The translations under genes were made by a program, and so were the position numbers. This document shows positions 14,801-20,839 of a stretch of 64,000 bases of DNA, one piece after another. Below the pieces are notes generated by a model. The model saw only the letters and a list, made by a program, of their open reading frames with translations, had not been told where the DNA came from and searched no databases. This DNA is from an uncultured Clostridia bacterium. Lineage in GTDB: Bacteria; Bacillota; Clostridia; Christensenellales; UBA1242. The stretch is taken from positions 38,907-102,906 of the forward strand of contig CALVNW010000003.1 in the NCBI GenBank assembly GCA_944350015.1, in the 5' to 3' direction. The stretch's first letter is position 1. Every line of letters begins with the position of its first letter.

Positions 14801-16438
14801 AAAAACTTTATCACGAATATCGCAAGCATCGGTGATAACGTTTGGATGAACCAAACTGACAATTGGTATGTCGAGGTGCCAGCAGGAGTAACTCTTCACT
14901 TTGACTCTATCCCAGTTGAAGGTTATCAGTTTATAAACTTCCTTGTCTCTATCAATAATGGTGAGACAGTGACGTGCGAGGGTGGCTTTGACCTTGAGTA
15001 TAGCGCTGGTTCATACAGTGTCACAGCGATTTATCAACCAATTCTAACCTTGACTACTACCGAGGGCGGAAGCGCTCAGGGCTTGCAAAGTGGTGTCGAA
15101 ATTGGGCAGTCATTCTCGCCTGATATCCCTCTCACTTTAAGGGCTACGGCAGAGGAAGGGTACAACTTCTTGTACTTCTTAAATATAGAAACCAACGAAA
15201 GGTACTATGCACAGTTTGATAATGCTAGCGGAAGTTATAACTATACTTTTGTTGATTTAATATCTACGCCTCTTAGAATTAGAGCGGTCTTTGAAGGCAA
15301 GCCAATTACTATAAACATTGACTTTACAGGTGCCTCGGGTATACATAGAATTCTCAATGTTTACCTTGATGACAGAGCGGTAAGTTATTCAGGACAAATC
15401 CTTGCCAATGTCGGACAGAGCCTTGTCATCGTCATTGAAAGAGAGTATGGCTATGCTATCGCAGTAGATGGCGGTATCTACAGTGAAAGTGTTGACAATA
15501 ACGGAAATTATAGATACACCTTTGCGCTTACCGCTGAGGGTCTTATTGAGGACGGCGAGAGTTATATACTTGACATCGATATTGATGCAACTCGAGAAAA
15601 CGTCAACCTCAGCTTTGATATGAAAGTTAAAGACGCGGTTAATGATAACGAAATCTTGCGCGCAGGAACGTTAAGCTATGTGGACGGAGATGGAAATACG
15701 TATAATGACATCAAAGCTGGCTCAGCCTACCAAATCTTGTATGGAGAAAGTGTCAGCTTAAGGGCATATACGAGTGCTAACTATAGAGTTTCTGATGTTT
15801 TACTTGATTACGATGGTGAGCAGGTAAGTTTGATGAGCTATCTTTTAGACAACACCCTTATCATCAACGAGTCCTTCTTAAATCGCTATCAAGCATACAA
15901 CCTCAAGATAACAATTGTCTATTCAAGACTTGTGTGGACCGATGAAGAAGTTTTGTCAGGATATATTGAAGGCACAAGCAGACTTCTTGGCAGTGGAACG
16001 GCAAGCAATCCTTACTATATAAGAAGCACACAAGAACTTGCCTTTGTCGCATATGCTGTCAACAATGGATTAACCAATAGTGATGACATCCTCTATAGCG
16101 AGGCATATTACGAGATAGTTGCCGACATTAGCCTTAGCGGAAGATTCTGGGAACCTATCGGCGTTCCAGATAGTCCTTTCAATGGCACGATGGACCTTGG
16201 CGAGTATGTAATATCGGGCTTAATTCTTTACAGAAGTTATCCAGCGCCAGAGTTATCTTATGGTGGTTTGTTCTGGTGCCTTGGTGATAATGCAAGGATA
16301 CTTAAAGATACAGACACTTTGACGCTTGTGCTTTGGATAATTTTCGCGCTCATTATACTTGCGATTATCATAGTAATCATTGTACACTACTACAGAAAAT
16401 ACAAGAGAAGAAAGATGAACGATATTGCAAATAATTAA
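2900..16438 (+). CDS. giant (about 4,510 aa) membrane-anchored surface protein with GLUG-type end modules and Listeria-Bacteroides-type repeats
   Basis: Uninterrupted 13.5-kb ORF. GAGG lies 6 nt before ATG 2900 (the track start 2888 is also possible). N-terminal signal peptide (LLLLALGLILFVPKVES). Repeated V.F..nGG....YG....P.P.R.GY.F.GW-like units (e.g. YVVTFNPAGGTLTGESSQKVTYGSAF..LPGRSG, YVFAGWKFNG, RSGYTLGGYY). N- and C-terminal modules (..DIDLQGAIWTPIGT..PFSGVFDGNGHKI.. and ..ADISLSGRFWEPIGVPDSPFNGTMDLG..). C-terminal TM helix plus RKYKRRK stop-transfer tail. Confidence 0.93.
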   Translation: MLRRCLKGFSCVALLLLALGLILFVPKVESENFSTQALSLAEGKGDDSLAKLSSEAWLDSGAITQVTSDDIMFINGNISPEGDYYYIKTALGLASVAYHINNGDKDYLSAIFLLGNDIDLQGAIWTPIGTAEHPFSGVFDGNGHKISNVVVQPVGVSSGSGQGLFGNINNAIISDLILDGTYSISEPTGGTLVGVATNSMIVSVRDNALDDVGGNASMQQIYTIGSNSSNVQVFLSTATLVRELKSIDPETSEVIFTLSIADLGELGKVDSQANIDFAGYAVYYFTANTSIYKYVNDELVNYFIVLVDKTFNDFSGSLVLPNSVYKANTYPEGYVSLMMKKNAIYFTHKPKLREQLSPTDTEVPYVVSRGYKVAIETPSVNDCYCLISPSEAYQTTLNLNYGYGNRVAIISGSYYDYSLDDMFGENAYLTDRLGFTVKSISTQSKGNISQEPSFYYNYPSYPSDTVNFEWTPLNDRGFDFYFLIDSESHADGSLTYAELSSAIGGVSVNKGTLDTNLVATNGRYTVKGLTSDDDNLANEVTLTFTLDAGYEISVVEEGGTQGSLIVDEDDVNNGFDGNNSYAYSKTSGVYLNFTNFTGEGESYNSANANNDSYCQVSASGSVRNTSGSGIVSSREERTYSITLSNIVGTTGNVYIVVKRAGEEINVVTSVYAFEDADLDSFSYTIDGAEYRENSFYIRGGLGQTVELTLKIDDDVNYFVLSANTSSSALTVSQVPVDGGRQMTVNGRTYYSYVTFRITVNSTEEEMALNVGIGGLRSYFKFVVQDGEGNILSPSAEDNSTKGISAVVNDIEGVGLNSTGLTEVREREGTLSDYVGVVANGYYIPTHITINHTGQGDVVTNAVLTFNEMTGRYEWTTTAPGQNIFNQIYQGGQDVDFTITITVKEAEFTLGWENFTFNISNGESVTSYTGGDNLEFLDDLFSLSFSSTVFVPGQSGRVTLTLTSLGLALLYGDTNNFNASSIDGFDETVNDGYLATTIDSVDVTNVDTGVWAFDFTSGTFEFDFNFDFTYKEITINASGLVLNGSYAPIDVTEDLFIGNSGSFRYSYTISDGQGQVSLTNASFGGIQIHTQYYNLGWYLKNGEVVTIANGNYNDIVTNANLISAYQDFSRASNASNFAINVQAIVAPRTVTLNYAGGEEQKGELVELDTSSDTITYSQGVTLKQAYKNKGYTFANYSYTIGTTNFSAKAGANFVITGLNFANLFGSGSLLQTWTSFVDESALTTSSATNLTLVSNWSVIKYNLVIDGVTTQSALEIGDEIRFIANEPSLKNGQGVYHIFREGIEVASYNGGVLGGYIAGGFELSLEGKLSATIDGDYASILFDGDNFDTLIGANYDTLRSITVSTIRIASSYKVYIENSQYFEVTISGSGDSFGQDENGVYVVVAYNALPSVLDKNSEDFLFNTSSITGRNITITRVGYTFEGDFYNFDPTEIFDSLSDITISPIFTKSNVSAGGATIKFSDDSTGANFFLLNSHNITIGSLIDFGDLEDDSDDITISLTEDEIILSNGDKVSGYGFALVKDGETSYYEGNTFNINNIYEDGLYSIYFYIDLVDTLHNSSENYSYRLGSQSLSFTMNKNAFGFDSNLVSAYNGTSEFVPTLSSEGYSNVNDYGSVYLVYGFAGVASEEKRVVFDTEDFFRGFVLTGGDYNVGENKDIALTIDSGYFTQVTNIGGVTVNSTTNFANLISGVVANGSDYVYTYEDGATIVKARFTISFGNTSSYYFDGVKLIVYTHDGNNRTFQIGREYFSYNLSRIVYTGGAVDSDTVFTGANRSVFAVEGLMIDGEDYQNNQDRCFEYVLDGQFKLLNSDNALKNYYSTRYLTATNGVLNDTLLQDYEGLVDGLYLTDVYVGGIEVEVEGSQFTYNVDDNVIFSVVNNGTGNLQIFVSRSALATHTLSYSVAVSLTNERLSHLTLLTFGTSPNGRDYDEMLNSAFSDPGGNADPYQVFTMSAESQNSTLYAILTDVRKLSFNYNGGHNEEGQTSDIIYLSYSSAGGEYILGNPSNNYSGLTFNGYFYSANGLTAEQNGAYAYKFVSLDGGSPVELIALWKLTGVDYTPVSGSVNLKASLSSQVIYVTNFVSPKVIEGGSYSFTLTKKDDPSVTFSSSDVFTFADSTGRVPISLGGEYTLTITLTFTNIYQTNQTISQGIDVVINIDKSTVGIIGTNVLTFNNADRKNDITLQMRVNGGASPQMTLTSLTQNGLTNYGVDVATSPEGEIRNAGQYEVVLSINSAYSDFFELESGYEKMQVTINKYDLTLADYANQIEVYKFFGQSDPNPIRDTITVSLVNTDSVELNFTRQAGESLGNHPLLTATLTDPTDINNYNPITDGFVAYFVIRVPDGGLFVRLDGNITYTYNGEALTSLSTRYNSNTQKFEVYGFEGNEQVSQSFSLYYLSEGEEIEVPISERETYARYITFNSSSAGKNVGTYEFSVSLSSEGQEADWSEANIDTDSIAQDYNTITVTKRTITLNAISKAFDQSSAFTFSMGGEYNGVSADISNYIEVDNIIINGVAESELAGQREIKEIALDSLSEANYTLELASGLQLLITPSIDAIEVTSNVSSLAYGTLSQDDVLSKILEQLPLIFNEGEISSSYINVTAYQFVSPSFSTGGYLEAGSNSVSITLTSSNYTFGGEAGEVGEVYQTNITISFEVTRLEFAISNSDVQIIKEYDGDNLIGEDNLNQVVNGQSSPYYSAELLSGDIIRIIGGQYNDSEVGNNKKITLLEFDSTSDDSNNYIITYPVLVGAITNHIITFNVDATTEHIDLVTDGAFVKDGLSPIVQETFFTFEYPNLLTGLELLSQMELPTRVGYTATGWAYKQGNNYLPITVDNIQTLIRDVALDETNPDETITIYVIWHIDNYKITVAGDGVESFEVSGQYYDEETQSARYFSDISIDVVVDKGYKIARYEVNGSYSRAVLDDVDGNSGTAEVFGVGSDLEITVYASEIEITFNIDTNIPDYTSRTDTNRTYLTYKYPELVNMFARDLPAFSVTAGTYTLAGFSYSGGDIGALSLKEVVDNLYPNLDEDVNVDLTANWAGVQYVVTFNPAGGTLTGESSQKVTYGSAFTSPLPTATLPGRSGVWTDANGVTYADGSVFHTIGTLIEGVWNASLIAEYQNNTYILTVQFDNRLQVFYNGSRIASGETFDVTYDTTNITFTITPLQGYGYDIDTDSLNGSVTEGTNSVSVYNLTEDGVLNIVTVRGTNRMTIAGYNIDGYSVIIDDVEQPTNSVYNVLTESIVKITFTASFGYEFEESCLSHTTTDSTIDIEISQDKKTMTVTWSNFTSDITFTVEANPTLNTVTYNDVSSIFTSLQFNGESVALVGGEYGVYTEEGLEIVATLRYGYFDGKVTASIASFLTGQECNYLRADGLYHLEASLEDINESFSLTFTATERSYNFVIAVESGSEEIGQITVSQSQTVQFGQNVQLGVTLLREDYVFAGWKFNGEIISRTENSSIELTSSLRQMLESVTPGQSITIYATFIDRVTSISFTAGNHGQIIFYQEDSAPTTVNGGRTEIGKVRYGYDLIIDILPDEGYRLDKILVDGEVTTEGYDQETSKFTIYLDAVEGISTVEITFTAKEITVNVQAVVQRNYELIYGDPTGGLIYLVDSEGVRLGDEYYICSSDKLYFDYTVDSVTNGTLYFALETRSGYNAILNSTTEGVVVSEYTANGTRIWAVSGLCQGANIQAIFIAVENNIEVRFVTADTTTALSAGQIRVDTSSIDVRASQNNTHNTFISVVTGATISMDIYSMFTYDLLADEQGNLNYYVVYSNGAFDEGAVVAGLVEESDIYSNGFTKRATLEITNANASATIYILVEPRVYSLNFYVTENISVKIENALIYGQALPMTSLTEEQRALVFSTRSGYTLGGYYTMQLAKGTHYLDGNGNLLKNWSETGYRWTGYGYVPTDNFDEATQTFTIYAAWIYDRASIDLNFLPIGFSGNFVNLNIKNFITNIASIGDNVWMNQTDNWYVEVPAGVTLHFDSIPVEGYQFINFLVSINNGETVTCEGGFDLEYSAGSYSVTAIYQPILTLTTTEGGSAQGLQSGVEIGQSFSPDIPLTLRATAEEGYNFLYFLNIETNERYYAQFDNASGSYNYTFVDLISTPLRIRAVFEGKPITINIDFTGASGIHRILNVYLDDRAVSYSGQILANVGQSLVIVIEREYGYAIAVDGGIYSESVDNNGNYRYTFALTAEGLIEDGESYILDIDIDATRENVNLSFDMKVKDAVNDNEILRAGTLSYVDGDGNTYNDIKAGSAYQILYGESVSLRAYTSANYRVSDVLLDYDGEQVSLMSYLLDNTLIINESFLNRYQAYNLKITIVYSRLVWTDEEVLSGYIEGTSRLLGSGTASNPYYIRSTQELAFVAYAVNNGLTNSDDILYSEAYYEIVADISLSGRFWEPIGVPDSPFNGTMDLGEYVISGLILYRSYPAPELSYGGLFWCLGDNARILKDTDTLTLVLWIIFALIILAIIIVIIVHYYRKYKRRKMNDIANN

Positions 16439-16450
16439 GGTTTAAAGCAA

Positions 16451-16480
16451 AAAACTCTATGGATTGCCATAGAGTTTTTT
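16451..16480 (+). terminator. rho-independent terminator of the giant gene
   Basis: ctctatgg / ccatagag stem followed by T6. Confidence 0.75.
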
Positions 16481-16713
16481 AATGCAAAAATAGATATTTA
16501 AAGGTCTTTTATTGACAAGTTTGAAAAGGTTTAACCTCTTGTTTAAACAAAGAATTTTTAGCAAAATTATAAGCAAAACTATAGGTCGAACCCTGTATTT
16601 AGACAAATAATAAGTAAAGATTTTATGTTTTTTGTTTAAAAATTTATTTAGATGTTAAAAATTAAGGGGAATATAGAGGAAGTTTTGACAAATCTCTTCT
16701 TTATATTTTTGGC

Positions 16714-16720
16714 TTCGACA
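16714..16720 (-). promoter_or_regulatory. perfect Spo0A box (TGTCGAA on the minus strand) upstream of spo0A
   Basis: TTCGACA at 16714-16720, about 165 nt upstream of the spo0A start. Spo0A autoregulation through 0A boxes is established in Bacillus and Clostridium. A single heptamer could be chance. Confidence 0.3.
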
Positions 16721-16882
16721 GATAGCGGGGAATTTAAAGATTTTTTATCATTTTTATATCCGCTCACTTGCAAGATGGGAAAAATCAACAAAATTCAACA
16801 ATTTTCATCAATTTTCAACACTGCGAACGCTTTTATTTGTGGATAAAAAGTGCTATCTTTAGAATTAGTAAAAGGAGACAAA

Positions 16883-17626
16883 ATGGAAAACAAAGAAAAT
16901 ATAAGATTGTACATTGCAGATGAGGTAAGAGATAATGAGTTGTATAACTATTTCAAAAACAAAGAGGGCTACCAAGTGGTAGGCGCTGGCACTGCTGGCT
17001 TGCAGGTGGTAAAGGACGTCAAGGTGATGCGCCCAGATTTTCTTATTAGCGAAGTAATGCTTTCTGAGATAGATGGCTTTAAGGTTTTTGAAACGCTAAA
17101 AGAAGAGATGGGAAGTGAGTGTCCTAAGGTGATATTTGTAAGTTCGCTAACGCATTCGGGCTTTGTATCAAAGGCTATGAAAGAGGGTGCAAGCTATTTT
17201 ATGTTTAAACCTATTATGCCTGAAAATTTAGAGGAGAGATTGCAAGACATACTTAGTCCAAATCTTGTTGTCGACCCAAGCAAAGTTTTAGACGAGAGAA
17301 TAGCAAGCATATTCATCAGTATCGGCATCCCTGCCCATATCAAAGGCTATCAATTTTTAAGAGAGGCGGTTAAGCTTGCCGTTCAGGAGCCTGATATGAT
17401 AAGCCAAATCACAAAGAAACTCTATCCAACGATAGCCGAAAAGTTTGAGACAAGTTCCTCTAAAGTCGAGCGCGGTATGCGTCACGCGATTGAAGTGGCT
17501 TGGAATAGAGGCAAGATTGAAAACATTAACAACATATTTGGTTTCAAAGTTTACAGTAACAACGAGAAACCTACAAATAGCGAACTTATTGCTCTTATTG
17601 CCGACAAAATGATTATGGACGGCTAG
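16883..17626 (+). CDS. spo0A: sporulation master regulator Spo0A (atypical receiver domain)
   Basis: C-terminal Spo0A-specific domain (IGIPAHIKGYQFLREA...SKVERGMRHAIEVAWNRG...KPTNSELIALIADK). AAAGGAGA lies upstream of ATG 16883. The receiver domain has E at the expected phospho-Asp position (see findings). Confidence 0.9.
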   Translation: MENKENIRLYIADEVRDNELYNYFKNKEGYQVVGAGTAGLQVVKDVKVMRPDFLISEVMLSEIDGFKVFETLKEEMGSECPKVIFVSSLTHSGFVSKAMKEGASYFMFKPIMPENLEERLQDILSPNLVVDPSKVLDERIASIFISIGIPAHIKGYQFLREAVKLAVQEPDMISQITKKLYPTIAEKFETSSSKVERGMRHAIEVAWNRGKIENINNIFGFKVYSNNEKPTNSELIALIADKMIMDG

Positions 17627-17691
17627 AAATTGGATGCGATTAAAGACGCTTTTTACTTGACAAAATTCAAAAAAAGTTAAATAATTAATTT

Positions 17692-18306
17692 ATGAAAGCA
17701 TTTTTACAAGTTTTTGCGATTTTACTAAGCACTCTCTCCTTTTCACCTTCACAGTCGGTGAGGGTGATTGCCTCGTATTGCTATCTTTATTGTGAGCCGT
17801 CCTTTGAAAGCGAAGTGGTTTTAGAGGGTGACCAGCCATATATGGCAGTCCTTGGAGACACTCTCACGATTGTCAGCGATAATGACAGCGATTTTGCACT
17901 CGTCTCTGTTCCTGACACCGATATTTCGGGCTATATATATAAATATTACATCACGGCAAACAGTTCGCAAATCGTCTATCCCGTCTTTAACGGAAAGACA
18001 AGGCGGGAGAGCGTCCTATACGACCTCGACAAAAAACCGACGGAGTACACTTTGCGAAGCGGGCAAGAGGTCTATATCTATAGTGGCTATGATGATGACC
18101 AAGTTTATACTGCCGTGCAGGTGGTTTTAGAGAATGGTCTGCTTTACAACGGCTATATAAAGACTTCCGACCTTGCCCCAGATGGCATAAGCCCTCTCTT
18201 GATTGCGGGGATAGCTATAATTGTGGCAGGCGTAACGGTGATTTTGTCGCTTGTTTTGATAAAAAAGACAAAAAAGCAAAAAAAATTAGACAAAAAACAA
18301 AAATAG
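17692..18306 (+). CDS. secreted, C-terminally membrane-anchored protein with SH3b-like repeats
   Basis: N-terminal signal sequence and two SH3-like segments (..GYIYKYYI.., ..YNGYIKTSDL..). C-terminal TM helix followed by a KKTKKQKK tail. Confidence 0.65.
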   Translation: MKAFLQVFAILLSTLSFSPSQSVRVIASYCYLYCEPSFESEVVLEGDQPYMAVLGDTLTIVSDNDSDFALVSVPDTDISGYIYKYYITANSSQIVYPVFNGKTRRESVLYDLDKKPTEYTLRSGQEVYIYSGYDDDQVYTAVQVVLENGLLYNGYIKTSDLAPDGISPLLIAGIAIIVAGVTVILSLVLIKKTKKQKKLDKKQK

Positions 18307-18368
18307 TTGGCAGTAACTATTGCAATTGGTGATATCTCTGAGGTAAAATCTTGCCAAAGGAGATAAGA

Positions 18369-19871
18369 ATGATAAGTTTAAACGACAATTTAGAAAAGCT
18401 AAAGAGGGAACTTTGGCATCTTAACAATGTTAAACTTCCCAAGCTTCAACAGCTCATTGAGGAAAGTGGCATCGGCGATCTAACAAGCATCAATAGCGCG
18501 CTTTCACAGTGCCAAACTGATATTGGTGCGCTTGAAAACAACATCACTACCCTTCAAAGCAGTATTTCGTCAAACGGGCAGTCAATCACCTCACTACAAA
18601 ACAATTTAAACACCGCGATTGACGATATAGACACGATATATGGTGTTACAACTGGACTTGAAAGCGACGTTTCCTCTCTTCAAAATAGTGTAAATGACAT
18701 TAACAGTACAGTAACTTCGCTTGATAGTGATATCACCTCGATAGAAGGCGACATTGGTACTATAAATTCTAGTATAGATGAAGTGGCACTTAGTATTGAA
18801 AGCATCAACAACAATCTTGACTTTGTGCTTGGCAAGCTTGAAACGCACAATTCGTCGATTATAAGCGCCAATCAAGCGATTATAGCTTTAGGCACCAAAT
18901 CTAACACACTTGAAGATAATATTGAGACGTTGACCTCCACAGTTGATGACTTAAGCACTACAGTGAACGGCTTAAACTCTACAGTAAGCGGAATAAGCAC
19001 TACGGTGAACGGCTTGAACTCTACAGTGAATAGCTTAAGCACTACAGTAGATGACATAGATACAGCAGTTGAGGGGTTAAGCTCGTCAGTCAACACGATA
19101 AACACCACCCTAGACGAACTTGATGGCATCGACGAAACGATTGAAGGGCTTAGCACAAACCTTACAAGTCTAAACGCAAATGTTACAAGCCTAACTTCAA
19201 CTATCAACTCTCACGCCACCTCTATAAGCACATTGACCTCAAATCAAAATGATTTGATGTCCGATTTTTATCCGCTTGAGACCGAACACGACCAGCTTAT
19301 GACCAATTTCGAAACGCTATCAACAAATCATAATACTTTAGCGTCAACGGTGTCTACCTTGTCTGCAAAACATACCGAATACGATAGTGCGATTACAGAG
19401 ATTGAAGGCGATATCACAAGTTTGACAACGCGAGTTACAACTCTAGAAAATTCCTCTGGCAGTTCTTCGGGTGGTGGAGGGGGAAGCCAAATTGTAACCG
19501 TCTACGATAGGTCAAGTGATGACCCAAGTATAAACAAAAATTTGCCAAACGGCTTGGTTATAGGGAACGCCTTGTCAATTGACTTGACGGCATATAGCGC
19601 AGTAACCTTATTTTACAACCTCAACGGCACAGGCGCGCAAGCGACTTTTAGGATTGACCAAAGCAGAGAAACGGTAGACTTTTCAATCTATGCTGGAAGT
19701 AATGGTTTTTCGAAACATTACACTACAAAGTTGACGGTAGCAAAAAGCAGAAGAATAATATCTACAAGTTTCGTTGCAGAGATAGTTGTTGGTAGCAATG
19801 GGTCGGTATCACAAACGTTAAAGTCACAAGATGCAAACTTTTATATCTATAGAGTTGATGGTATAAAGTAA
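18369..19871 (+). CDS. heptad-repeat (coiled-coil) fibre-like protein with a C-terminal globular domain
   Basis: AAGGAG lies 6 nt before ATG 18369. About 350 aa of Ser/Thr/Asn-rich heptads (LSTTVNG LNSTVSG ISTTVNG LNSTVNS...), then a Gly-rich linker (SSGSSSGGGGGS) and a beta-rich C-terminal domain of about 115 aa. No signal peptide. Confidence 0.8.
   Translation: MISLNDNLEKLKRELWHLNNVKLPKLQQLIEESGIGDLTSINSALSQCQTDIGALENNITTLQSSISSNGQSITSLQNNLNTAIDDIDTIYGVTTGLESDVSSLQNSVNDINSTVTSLDSDITSIEGDIGTINSSIDEVALSIESINNNLDFVLGKLETHNSSIISANQAIIALGTKSNTLEDNIETLTSTVDDLSTTVNGLNSTVSGISTTVNGLNSTVNSLSTTVDDIDTAVEGLSSSVNTINTTLDELDGIDETIEGLSTNLTSLNANVTSLTSTINSHATSISTLTSNQNDLMSDFYPLETEHDQLMTNFETLSTNHNTLASTVSTLSAKHTEYDSAITEIEGDITSLTTRVTTLENSSGSSSGGGGGSQIVTVYDRSSDDPSINKNLPNGLVIGNALSIDLTAYSAVTLFYNLNGTGAQATFRIDQSRETVDFSIYAGSNGFSKHYTTKLTVAKSRRIISTSFVAEIVVGSNGSVSQTLKSQDANFYIYRVDGIK
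18954..19048 (+). repeat. in-frame 42-bp tandem repeat (2.3 copies) inside the fibre-like gene
   Basis: Units 18954-18995 and 18996-19037 differ at a few positions. A partial third unit spans 19038-19048. Confidence 0.85.
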
Positions 19872-19954
19872 AAATATAATTATTAAATAAAAATATTTAA
19901 AATTACAAAACTTCTCTTATATAATATTAACAAAAATTTTTCACAATTACAAAG

Positions 19955-20014
19955 TTTAAAATAAAGCATAGTTTTTACAATTAATTTAATTTAAAATAAA
20001 GCATAGTTTTTACA
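19955..20014. repeat. 25-nt perfect direct repeat in an AT-rich intergenic region
   Basis: tttaaaataaagcatagtttttaca at 19955-19979 and again at 19990-20014. Confidence 0.85.
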
Positions 20015-20084
20015 TAATTTTTAGAAATGTTTAAATATTATCAATAATCTCCTTTAAAAATATTACAAAGCTATACAACACAAT

Positions 20085-20161
20085 AAAAAACAGTTGATGA
20101 GTAATACGCACCCTTGAGGTTATGGGTTTTTAAAAGGTGCATTTGCAATCAACTGTTTTTT
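20085..20161. terminator. long bidirectional hairpin between convergent genes
   Basis: aaaaaacagttgat (20085-20098) pairs with atcaactgtttttt (20148-20161). An inner gcacc...ggtgc stem is present, and A and T runs lie on either side. Confidence 0.6.
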
Positions 20162-20189
20162 ATTGTTTATTTATTTTAAATATAATTCT

Positions 20190-20250
20190 TTTTATATAAA
20201 TTTTATTTTTTATATAAATTTTTTTATATAAATTTTTTATATAAATTTTA
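20190..20250. repeat. four degenerate tandem copies of tatataaatt with T-run spacers
   Basis: Copies at 20193, 20211, 20225 and 20238, with irregular 13-18 nt periods. Confidence 0.6.
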
Positions 20251-20328
20251 TTTTTTTGTTTATTTTTAATATGAATTTTGTTAAGTTTTAAGAATAATTA
20301 ATTTTTATTTGATTTTAGGTTTTTTAAT

Positions 20329-20637
20329 TTAAAATTGAACCTCAAGCTCGCCAGAGGTAAATCCGTAGACAATCAAAAATATTACAAGGGCAAACATTAA
20401 TAATGCAAGTAAGGCATTTATTCTCTGCCAAGGATTGCCAGCGCGGATATCTTGAAGGTTGCTGTTAAAGCCAAATATAATTGCCATTGCATAGGCTATT
20501 GAAATAATACAAAGCCAAGGCGATAATATCTCAAGAAACCTCAATACTATGCCTGCTATAGCAATCAAACAAGCCAAAATGCCAAGAAGTCTTGACATCA
20601 TCATTCTATTTCTAAGATGTTTTGCGTAATTGTTCAT
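20329..20637 (-). CDS. small multi-pass membrane protein
   Basis: 102 aa with three hydrophobic helices. No family recognised. Confidence 0.55.
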   Translation of the reverse strand: MNNYAKHLRNRMMMSRLLGILACLIAIAGIVLRFLEILSPWLCIISIAYAMAIIFGFNSNLQDIRAGNPWQRINALLALLMFALVIFLIVYGFTSGELEVQF

Positions 20638-20839
20638 AAATGCTCCTAAAAATTAAATTTTATTATAATTATTTTAAATCAAAATAAAACTATTGTCAAA
20701 CAATTTGGCGTAAGTTTAGCTTGCTTTATATTTTAATAAAAACAATATGATTTTAAAACCCGAACAAGTATCGACTAAAAAACTAGCTACCAAATAGGTA
20801 GCAAGTTACATACCCCTTGCATCTGTCGCAAGGATTTTT

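Noticed and set aside
16652-16846. Track ORF 16652..16846 (64 aa) upstream of spo0A
   Set aside because: It has no RBS and a low-complexity, Phe/Ile-rich sequence. It lies in the AT-rich regulatory region that contains the 0A box, so it is more likely non-coding leader or promoter DNA.
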